Shown here: positions 38,034 through 49,000 of the stretch, one piece after another | How the letters are laid out: every line of letters starts with the position of its first letter | Numbering within the stretch: position 1 is the first letter of the stretch | Assembly: GCA_000708835.1 (NCBI GenBank) | Contig: DF236961.1 | Coordinates: 248,001 to 312,000 of the forward strand | DNA length: 64,000 nucleotides | Direction: 5' to 3' | Origin: Klebsormidium nitens | Taxonomy: Eukaryota; Plantae; Klebsormidiophyceae | Program-made: the position numbers and the translations under genes | Notes under the pieces: generated by a model | What the model was told of the DNA's origin: nothing | Database searches by the model: none | What the model saw: the letters and a program-made list of their open reading frames with translations, nothing else

Positions 38034-38954
38034 GATCAAAGAGGCACAGATTAAGAGCAGCTGCCGGGAGAAACCAATGACTTTGGAGCCAGCGGGAACT
38101 CTTCAGTTGGTGTTCACGGAAAGCTTGCAGGCGCTTATTGGATCGACAGGAGAAAAAGGGGAGCTTGGAAAGGCGAGCTTGGGAAGAAGGGGTGGAATGA
38201 CCGAAGCTAGAAAAGGAAAACAGTGGAATGAAGATTCCTAAGTTGTCCTAAGGCTAAGTGACCTTCTTCTGTTTTTATGAAGTCCGAAGCTGCAAAAACG
38301 ATAGGGACATTCATGAAGTGATTCAGTCGATATGGTTAGAGATTCGACGGCTTCTCGAGTTTCGAACTACATTCTATGTTTTCAGGCCAGCACAGGAGCT
38401 TCGACGTCGAATCGAAAGGAATCCCCTGCTGTATGCAGCTGCAGACTGATCAAGACACACCCATCTACGACGAAACCATGTGATCAGAGAATATTGAGAA
38501 CTTGAGACTGCACACTTCAAGCGGCATAAGATGTGGAATCTGGAGCCGTTGCTGCAGCCTTAGTGCGGCACTAAGTGGAGTTGCCAATTCTCTGAGACCA
38601 GATCGCCGTTGGGCTTGATCGAGCTTGGGCTTCAATTAAAAACGAAATCAAACCGAGCCCTGTTGCTTAAGTCTGTGCCGCAATTCACTTAACAAACTTG
38701 AAGCGTGCAATTTCACTTCAAATAATTCCTTCGAAGCGGTGCGAAGTGGGTGCCTCTCGTCGGCAGACGACCCCGCCTTCAAAAAACTGGATTTGAGGCA
38801 GTGAATCTGCACGAGATTTTGCCCGTTTTTCTCTGAAGCCATGTCGGCGGCCGGCTCCTGCTCGTGAAGGTAACAGAGCCTGACTGAACAGAGCTTCTCC
38901 GGATTCGCTCATCTGCCTGCAAAACACCTTTGAAGCACTCAATCATCTCTACCT

Positions 38955-41785
38955 ATGGCGCAGCACGAAGAAGCGGCCCGGTTTTTGAAGATGATCAACG
39001 AAGCAGCTGCGAACAATGCGCGAGGAGGTAATGACAGATATCCTCGAAGGGATCCGTTCGTATCGTGTGGAGATCAAAAGCCATCCCCTTTTGATGCCAC
39101 CAAACGGTGGCAATGTGACATATCTGGCTCTTCAGATCTGAGCAAGTAGCATGCTGTCCTTTCGAGCATAAAATGCAACCCAAAGGTGCATGTTTGCGGC
39201 ACGTAAATACTCTTGCTTGAAGTCAAATGGAATCTGTCCATGGACTAGAGCTTATTTTAAAGTTGAACAAGTTTGTCGATGTGCAGAGCGCCTTTTGGAA
39301 AGCATGCGAAAGGAGAAGGCATTGCTGCGGGCAAAACTGGATCAAGCTTCTGCCGAGTTTGAGTAAGTAACGGCTGTCGCCCCTTCCAATCATCAATCCC
39401 GAGGCGTAAGAGTGGAAGCTGCTTAGTGCGCAGCTGATTTATATTTGAAGCTGAAAAAGGCAGCTGATGCTGTCTTACCTCTCGCATGTTTCGTATTTCA
39501 CAGAATGAGCTGGTCCAACAGTGGTCTTTCGCAGGTCAAAGAAGACCGACCGCCGCAAGTCACAGGAAGAGTACAAGACTCTGAGTGCTCAACTCCTATC
39601 GATTCAAGCCACCGTGTCCACGAAAAAGGTAAAATGCGCACATCTCAAAGCATCTCCGCTGGATCAAGCAGACATAGTCTCGTTGGGAACCTGATTGAAC
39701 CGGAGCGAAGCAAGATGAAAGGTTCCGTCCTTTTGCTTGCCAGAAGCTGCTACCGCATTGGTATCTCATGGTAACTGCAACAATGAGACCAATCATACGT
39801 CTTGGAAACATTTGCGTCTTTCTAATACAGGCAAGGATTGCCGTTTTGCAAGAGGAACTGAGTCTGCTGAGAACGCGCTCGAACGCCTTTGAGGTAAGTT
39901 GCTGGAGGGCTTCGTCCCTTGAACAGATCGGATGTTCCCCTCGTTAACCATGATGGTTCGGCCGTCATCTTCCGTTAGTCGACTAAGCATGTATATCGTG
40001 TAACCCCAGACTTTGTGGATGTGATTTGGATGCTCGTGCTTCCAGGAGGAGAAGGACAACCACAGGACACTCCTTACTTCGAAGATGCAAATCCTCAACG
40101 AGACGCTGAGGTGAGCATAATTGAGTGATACGGGTTTCCTTGCAAGGCCGTCGTCATCTTTCTATATATATTTATTGTAGCATACTTTTATCCTATATTC
40201 CCTGGCAGCATTACGCCCGAAGTGATGTTTTGCGAACGAAATAGTGATTTAGAAAAGAAGTTTTCCGCTTGCTGGATATCGAGTCTTCTTACGGTAATGC
40301 AGGGGTGCAATGATCGCCTTCATGTTGTTGACTTCTTAGGTTTGTCGTATGCGCTTAATCCAAATATTCTAAACTGACGCCTCGCCGAGAATCCACTTCA
40401 GGCGTCTACACTCTGAAAACACGGATACAGCATTGAGGGAGGAGCTCCGAAAGAAGCAGGAACAGCTTGCAGTCCTCGAAGGTGACTTAAATGTACTGAT
40501 CATTCTTGCTGGAGTTTGAAGACGGTCCACACGTTGGTGAACATACTGAGTAGTCCTGTCCTTTTGACCGCTTCAGATCGTCTTCGTTGTCCATCAAAGT
40601 ACGGTACAAGAGAAAGTCTGAGGGGCACGCTGTTCCCGACAAAATTGAGTCTGCGGTTGCAAGCTTGTAACTTCGAGAGCAGAAGCACTAAAATGGAGGA
40701 CTCGAGCTGATTAGCGCGGAATCTCATTCTTTTGCAGAGAAGGCAAAAGTCTACGAACAGTCTAGTACTGAAAACTTGAATGAGGACGATGTGTCGACAA
40801 CAAAATCGGAGATAACGGCCCTCGAACTGGAGAAAAAGGAGACGGATGCCTACATCGCGAATCATAAGGAAACTTTGTCAGCAAAGAGAGAGCACAACAA
40901 GATTGTCATCAAGCAATTGAACGAGGTAAACAATTGTAGGCTGAATGATAAAGATGCCCTCTGCCAGCTTGATCAGTCGTTTGTGAAGAACATCTGGATT
41001 GCGCTGCTTCAGATCTACCTGGGCTTCTAATTGCTTTCAGAGACCGGAGGCAAGAGATAACAAAGTGTCTGTGATCAAGGGTCAATTTCTGCGTCTAGCT
41101 TAAAAGTGACACATAGATAAATAGGCAAATAGGTAAATACATACACAGGTAAATCCTCGATCAAGAAAGCAGTGCACTTCCGAAACTGGTGCCGGACACA
41201 TCCACTTGCAGCAAGCTGGAAGCTTACGAACGAAACACTTCAAACAACAAGAAGCAGCTCACACCATGAGATGACGGAAGGCTTCCTGTTGGCTCGTGTC
41301 TGAAGGTGCCGAAAGCCAATGTCTACTTCTTCTGCTTTCCAACCAAGGACTTGAGTCCCGCTAATCTACTCAATACAACCGGTCTGATCATCGAACGGAA
41401 GTTTTATGCAGGTCAACAAGCAGAAATTTGAGAAGCAGAAGAAGCTCGAGCAGCTGCAGCACCTCGAACGAGAGTACGCAGAGCTGGAGAAACTTCAAAG
41501 GTGATGCATCTCGTCCTTGTCGTCCTTGACTTGCTTTTCAGGTTGTAAACTATTGCTCCTCTGCTTCGGCGAATCTCGGACGATCAGAGACCAGAGAGCA
41601 TGCTGTGCTTAGACAGTTCGATGACAAGTTTCAATCCCATTTGCTGCAGAGATAGCGGAATTGTTCAAGAAGCATTCACAGTGGCGCACAAAGACTTCCA
41701 GAAGCGGAGCGCTTGTCCGAAATGTGGAACGAACGCTTACGGCAATGCCGAAAAGGATGCTGGGCAAGCAAATCAGGAAGAATGA
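38955..41785 (+). CDS. SCEP2: Coiled-coil protein with C-terminal CxxC, similar to Arabidopsis AT3G28370 (SCEP2), 287 aa
   Basis: Nine exons in phase: 38955-39027, 39287-39362, 39535-39628, 39831-39893, 40046-40110, 40402-40481, 40738-40925, 41412-41500, 41650-41785. Heptad-rich; RGE at residues 23-25, ARIAVLQEEL, C-terminal DFQKRSACPKCGTN. The gene model is solid; the name rests on my recollection of the AT3G28370 sequence. Confidence 0.75.
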
Positions 41786-43037
41786 GAGGGGATTCTCGAA
41801 GTGCATAGAGGGTTCCAGAAAAGCGTTGTCTCGAAGTCAACATATACCGCAACCTCTGCCGCTGTTCGCATGCAGCCAGATGGCGTTTGCGCTATGCTCC
41901 GAATTTGTACACAGAAATCTAAAATCTCTACATATACGCGTCGCGTAAAAAGCCGTCCGCTGAAAGTGGTTGGCTGCTGACCGAGCAGGCCTTTTGGACA
42001 TCGGAAAATCATTGGAAGCGGCATGTGCACACACGCATCTATTGAATGGACACTTCTCTTATAGCCCGTGCGCATCAAAGGCATGGGGCGGAGTGCGGGT
42101 ACAGGCTTTTTATGTTGTAAGTTTTGCATAGGCGGCATCAGTTATCGCTCTAGCTAAGTCTCAACAACGCCAAAATGCAGCTTTTCGATGACCTTGCGCC
42201 TGGGTTACTCTATATGAAGTCGCCAGGACCTTGATATTAAACGTGCCCCGGCGCCTCTACCTGCGGTGGTGCTGCGGTATTCGCTGTACATTCGTCACTT
42301 TGATATGATCATGTTGCATGCATGACAGTTGCAGATTGCTATTTTTAAGCGCGGACGTTCAGGGATGACGCATGTATCCGGTGTGTTACTAACCACTGGC
42401 CATACTAGATAGAGGCTAACTAGATACCAGATACTAGATAGAGACTAACCAATGGCCATATGATAGAGGCTATACGATCGCCTAAACCGTCATACCAGTG
42501 TCATGTCGGATCATTACCGCTGCTATATTGTATCCCGGATGGCATGCAATAATTAAGCCCAGGGACTGCGCCTTTCCTATCGGATCGAGTGAGTCCTATA
42601 TCGCAATCATGCTGGCCTTAATAGGATCGGATGAGATCAGCTTGGGACACCATGCATTCCTAGTAGACGCAAAGAATGTACCGGCAGATTTAGCGTACGG
42701 AACGCCGGCCTCTCATCAACAAGTGCATTGACCAGCGACAGTCGTTCATAGTCCCGAGCCTGAATGGCCGGCCGAATTCGATCGTGCTGCCAGAGAAGGC
42801 CCCATTGATCAAACTCAAAGCCTGTTGCCGTCAATACGTGAAGCCGCATCGAACCAAAGTTCGTGGGTATACAGTGATATGTTCACTCTGCACGGCCAGT
42901 TGCTAATCTTGTTGCCGCTCGAATTTAGTAAACGGGTTCTATACAGTATGCACAATCGTCTCCACTTCTCGAAACTGACCGTAAAGCCTGCTTCTCTGCC
43001 AATGGCCCTACGTGTATCCCCACGATCACAAGCCTTG

Positions 43038-46000
43038 TTACAGAGGAGGAGGTCCATCAAACGGTTGCCGCTCTGCCTCTCCGCTATCTCCGAACTCGAC
43101 CGGTTCTTCGTCGGTTGGTACCTCCCCGACAGGGATTGGGTCAGGCTTTTCGTGTAGTTTCGTTTCAGTCCCCAAATCAGCCGCCGACCCCTCCGGCCGA
43201 CTGGGCGCCGGCTTTTCGCCCGAGCCCGAAGCGGAAGGGCTCGCCGAACTGCTCGCACTTTCCGCCAGAGTTGCTGCACTCGGCGCCGCTTCTCGCACCG
43301 GTTCCGGCGTCCGCACTCTTTCTGACGTCTCCCCATCGCGACTCGTCTCGCCTGACGGAGCCGGTACCGAGGCCCGCTTCTCGCCGCCGCTTTCCGGGGC
43401 TTTCCTCGGGGCCACAAAGTGTGCCGCTTTCAGAGTGTCAGGCTCAGGGGCCGGCGGCCTGAGTGGCGTGGTTGACACCGGCAGCGGCGTCCCGGGCGTG
43501 GACGGCCCCACGGGTTCCCCCTGAAAAGCGGGCGTGCTATCCTTTGCCCCGGCCACATCAACCGGGGGGGTGCCGCTACTGGCTGAGGCGCCCCCCGGGG
43601 AGGGCGTTTTCTTTCCCGGGGGGCTTTTGTCGGGTAAGAAGACCTTGGATTGGGGGGCGGGGAGGGCGTACTGGGCGGCGGAGGACGGCCCTTCGATGAG
43701 GCCAGCGACTCCGGTGGCGGAAGAAGCGCTCGAGGGCAGGAAGAGGTCGTGCTTCTGGTCCTTGTACGCGCGCCAAATCTGGGGCAGCGGGAAAGGGGGC
43801 AGATATTGAAGCAAAAAGTAGAGGGAGGATGGGGATTGGATTATGACTGCTTCCGCAGGGCGTCAGATCGTGGCATAAGCAGAGGGAAGCTGGCCAGAAG
43901 GAGTGGGAAATGACACGCGAGACTTGGATGGAAGGAAAACGAACATTCAGGCCCACAAGGGCGTCGATGGTAAGTGCATGCGTTGACGCACGTCCACACA
44001 TTATGATCCTGCCTCCCTCTCCCCGTCGCCTGTCTCAGACACCTCGTGGACTTGATACTCTTCGGCCTCTGAATTTTGAGGCAACTCTTTTGAAATGCTT
44101 CCGGCCGCTCGAGCAAAGCACCGAGAAAGGATCACGGCAGCTGTTATCGAAACACCTCGCCACCATATGTCGTTAGGAGAAGTTAGAAAAGCGGTCCCTA
44201 CCTCAGAGCCGTCCAGAATCTCCTTCACTTGCTGCGAGTGCACCCCTTCCGATGCCAGCAGCCGCAGCACTTCGACGGCCAGCACCCGTCCCACGCTGGC
44301 TTCCGCCTCGTTCCATTTCATCTGGCTGCTCAGCCCGTTCTTGGCGCCCGCGCGCCAGTCGAGCAGCGCCAGCAGCACGGGGACAAGGCCGGTCCTGCGG
44401 AAGGCGGGACTTTGATTGTCAGGAATCCGACAATCTCACAGGTTCTAGGGTCTGAAGGATGAGCAGTCGTTTTGTTGAAGTGGTACGGATTTAGGGGTTT
44501 GGCCAGTCTTGGCCGCCGGCGCGCCAGTGAAGCAGCGCCAGCAGTATGGGAATCAGACCAGTCCTGCGAAAGGTGTGGCTTTGATTTGCCAAGAGTCTCG
44601 GGATCTGACAGATTCTAGGGTCTGAAGATTTAGGGTTGTACCGTTTAACTGATCAAAACTTCAGGGGTTTGCTTGCTCTCGGCGCCCGTGCGCCAGTCGA
44701 GCAGCGCCAGCAGTACGGGGACAAGGCCGGTCCTGCGAAACATAGCAGTACGACTCGTCAAAATTGTGAAAACCTCATGGAATCTAGGATCTGACGTGAT
44801 CTAGGACCGAAGGATGTGAGTGTTGGAAGGTGGAGATTCGGAGTCGGGGACCAAGAATTCTTGGAGCTAAGAGCACTTCAGCCCAGTTATTTCGGCTAGT
44901 GGTGAAAGGGACAGGTTTGCGGGGGCGGGGTTCGGGGTCAAGGCAGACGAAAAGCGGTTATCCAGGTCCGGTGCACATGCACCAGCCCAAAAGGGCTAGT
45001 AAAGCGGCAAGACTGTTAGCTGTCATTATGGTCATAGTGAAGCGCCTAATCAGCAACACGGACAATCAAAAGTCGTTATATTACCACAAGATAGAATATA
45101 AGAACCCACCTGAGCCCTTGCCCAACGAGAGCGTCCCTGGCCCGGTTGTTCGCCGTGACGAGCCGTTTCAGGGTCTCGAGCGCGAGCACGCTCGCGCCGT
45201 GCCACCCAACCGCGCGCATCAGAAGGGGAACGACCTGCACATGACAAATGTATGTCAGAACTCGGCAGACAAGCACTCGCGACGGAGTCAAATGCTGAGC
45301 GCTTCACGCTGATCATGTCCAACTCAAACGTGAACCTAATTCTCACTTTGTGGTGGGAGCAACTGACACTAGACTTTCTGAGACCATGCTGAGATCTGTG
45401 TCATTAACTAAGTACGCTCTGAAAGAAAACCTCCTCGTTATGGTGAGCGTACGACGTGCACGTCATTCTGATGTCACGAGGCCGAAAGTCTCATCGCTCC
45501 TTCATTCAGATCCATATTTATCAAATATTGACGCCGTGAGCGTTCTCGTGTGACGTCTGTCGAGAACCGCCGCCCCGTTTAACCACACTGGGGCGCCCCT
45601 GCAGGTGCAGGCTCCGCAGAACTGCCAAACCGGGCTCGAATCCTCGTCGACTGCCACGACAAACCCAGTCCAGACCTACCTGAGGCGCCCCCACGTTTGG
45701 CGAGGCCATCGCCTCAGCGCATACCATACTGGTCGCCAGCTGGCGCAGAGCATCCACAGACGCTAACTGCACTCCGAACCGACACCGAACCTACTCAAGC
45801 CTTCTCCCCCATCCATTCCAAACCCTTCTGCAAACCGCAATCTAACCACATTCAATTTCAGCTGAGGTGCCCCGCGTTTGGCGCGGCCATCGCCTCTGCG
45901 CAATCTGTTCTGGTCTTCAGCTGATGCAGGCTTCGCAAAAACTGCTCCAAAACAATCCAAACGTTCTCTATAATCCACACCAACCACCATTTAAGCCCAC

Positions 46001-49000
46001 CTGAGGCGCCCCCGCGTTTGGCGCGGCCATCGCCTCTGCGCATGCCGTGCTGGTCGCCAGCTGGTGCAGGATCCGCAGACAGCTGGCGCGGACGCGCTCC
46101 TGGGGGGTCGGACCGTCCGACGAGCCGTTCTCGGACGCGCACTCTTCCGGCGTTCCGTCGGCCATGCTCGCGCGGCGGCCCTCGGCGGCCATCGTCCCGA
46201 CCAGCTTGTTGATGTAGCCCAGGTGCGCCACGTGGTCGGCCAGGATTGGCTGCGGGGAAAGATGGTGGAGTGACGTCAGCGTTCGTTCGAATGGAGGCGC
46301 TGACAGATAGGAGTGGTGGGGAAATTGCATGCTGAACGACCAATTTAGGCAGACTATACAGAACGGTTGCAGGAGAGAAAGACTGGTGAACATCTTGGTA
46401 GATTTCAAATTCTCATTTGAGGAACTTGTCAAGTGCACTGGACAGAATGTATCGCCCCACGGGTTCGCGAAGCAAAGGAACTGCGATGAGGCGAATTGCT
46501 CAACCTGGAAAGCATCACATGTCGTTCTCGCCTCTCCTTTTGCAAATCGTTTTTCGCACCCTTCTAAGACTCCAGAAAAGATCCAAAGGATGCAGAACAG
46601 AGAAAATTTCATGTCCAAAAGCAGTTTCTTATTCTTCCAATCGGACTCACGTGCACTCGGAGGAGCGACACGAGCGCCGCTGAGAAGAGCAGCGGAAGCT
46701 CTGGATCGCCGGCGCCCGATCGGACGGTCGCGGAGGTGGCCACGTATTGGTCGAGGAGGCCCTCCAGGAAGCGCTTGCGGTTGCGCAGCGGGAACTTGGG
46801 GTCCTTCAGGAAGAGACGCACGTACACGCCGCCCACCTGGGGCTCGTCCACCGCTGAAAGAAAAGAAGTCTTTACTTTTTAACAATTTCTCAACTTTCTT
46901 AACCGAGATTTCAAGGACGCGTGCTACACATTGCTTTCGCGACTCGTGGTTCAGAAGGTTGTCTCGGAACCCTGCGAACGTTGACAGCTTGTAGAAGTAG
47001 AAGGGAAAGCGGAGTGGTTGGCTCGTTGGAAGCTGCGACCACCTCTGGTTTGAGGTTCAACTTTTTAAATGTGTTATTGGAACGACCCGATACTGGCCGA
47101 AGGAAAAGGGAGCGCTCCTTGTACTGCCCTTCACCGAAAACTCCTCCTGCCTACTCGCATGCCATGTCCTCCAGATACGCAAGCGAATCAGCGCATCAAG
47201 CTCACGCTACATTAACCACAATTCATCGAACCTTTATCGAGCGAACATCCCTCGCCCCGCTCTCACCTCCGTCCTGCGGAATGACCTCCCCCGTCGCCGA
47301 CACTCTCTTCCCAATCGAGTCCGGCATCTCCCAATCCGCCCCCCCCCCAGCCTGCTCCCGGATCAACTCCTGACCTAAGGTCGCCAGCTGCCCAGCCAAG
47401 CTGGCAGCCATTGCGGGCGACCACACCAGTTCGGGGGTCTCGGTGGTTCGGCCCAAAGCGCTCACGACGGCTTCCCCTGGTCCGTCGACGATAGAAGCGA
47501 CTAAGCCGTCTGGAAGGAATTTGCCGAGGGCGATGGACACGCGGGGGCCGTGCAGAGGCTGGGCGACCTGTAAGCGGGGATGAGAGCTATTCGGTCGCCG
47601 TTTGGAGTGCAACTGGAGTGGAAATGGACTCTGAAATGGACTCTTTGGCGTTAAGGTTGGACAGTGATGGACGCGCGGGGCATGCGAGGCTGACCGTCTA
47701 AATGCAGATGTCACAGACGTCGAGTCGCCGTTTGATGGAGACGAGTCGTTTCTGGGGGATGGCCGTAGAAGAGCTCGACGAGCTGTGATCAAGACTTTGG
47801 CGTACGTAATTCTTCCTCCAAGAATCTCTTCATAAAAGCTGACTGAGCGAGATTTATAAAACGATGTTGTCAGGAGGTTGAGGGGTTTGTTGATTACTAT
47901 CAGCCTCGGCAGATCTGAGCTCCTTCCCTATGTCAACCTCGCACCAACTCAATCTTTTCGCTCGAAAGGAAGACTGAGATCAATCAGCACCGACATGCAA
48001 CTCAAAGTCAAAAATTTCGGAAGAGCCGCTCAATCCTGAAAAGCACCCCAAAACTGGCAGAAAACGTTCACTTACGAGCTTGCCCAGGAGCGACGCAGCT
48101 GCCGCCCGCTCCGCGGTGCCCACGGTCTGTCCGGTCGGGAGCAGTACCTCCAGGATGAAGATGGCCCCGCCGTTCTTGGCAGCAGCCCAAGCAGCGTCCG
48201 CTGTCATGCAACGAACTTCTCGTCAAACCTTTACCAACTCTTGGACTCTTTTAAAATCTTCGGAACCAAGTCCTCGGTTGCTTTGCAATGCATGTAAAGA
48301 ATGTTTGTCGTGTTCTTGGACGGGCCATTGGTCCCTCAAGTTCCCAAACCTTTCTATTGTCATCGAAACGATTCTACAGGCTCGTTTCCTTTACTCTCAA
48401 AGTCGCAATGTCTCTCGATCGTAATCTAGGGCATTTCTGTCATCCCCTTAGCCATACGAAACGGTACATGTACACGGACCTTCAGCTACCTCGACTGCTA
48501 TTGGACCCGCCAAGTTCGAGAGCAGGTGTACTTTCACGCTGACAAAGAAGAGAGTGGTTGCACTTTGCATGAAGAAGGGGTTGCCACAAGTGTGGTGTCG
48601 ATGTCTTACCGGTAGAAGCAAGCGCAGCGAGCACATGTAGGACGCTGCTCCGCAAATGGGGGGCTGTGTGCAGCAGCTGAAACAGCAGGATGAGACCCCC
48701 CCGGTCCGCAACCTGCCACAAACGACATGCCCGCGTGTAAACTGTGTCCACAAACGAGTGTCCTGAGGAAGCAGTTTTCATTCGAAGCCGTAGCGCATAA
48801 CGATCGCCACTGTTCGAATAAGTCGTGAGAGGGATGATAGAACAGAAGGCTTGTGTCGGGCCTGATGGTCTATGGTCTTGGAGCATCTCTTGTGGCAGAA
48901 GGGGTTTCGGCATACTTGTACATGAAATAGAAAACGACGAGACAGAGCGAAAGAGAGATGCGAAGCGCATGTCTTCTACGTGGCGTGAGATAGGGCGTCG

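Noticed and set aside
44480-44640. Telomere-like TTTAGGG words in introns (also ~52113, ~52397, ~30494)
   Set aside because: Isolated single units, mostly inside echo units; no tandem telomeric array.
46770-46800. RNRKRF in place of the RNPKRF I remember from plant GRV2
   Set aside because: Single substitution or base-call error; frame intact, so not evidence of pseudogenisation.
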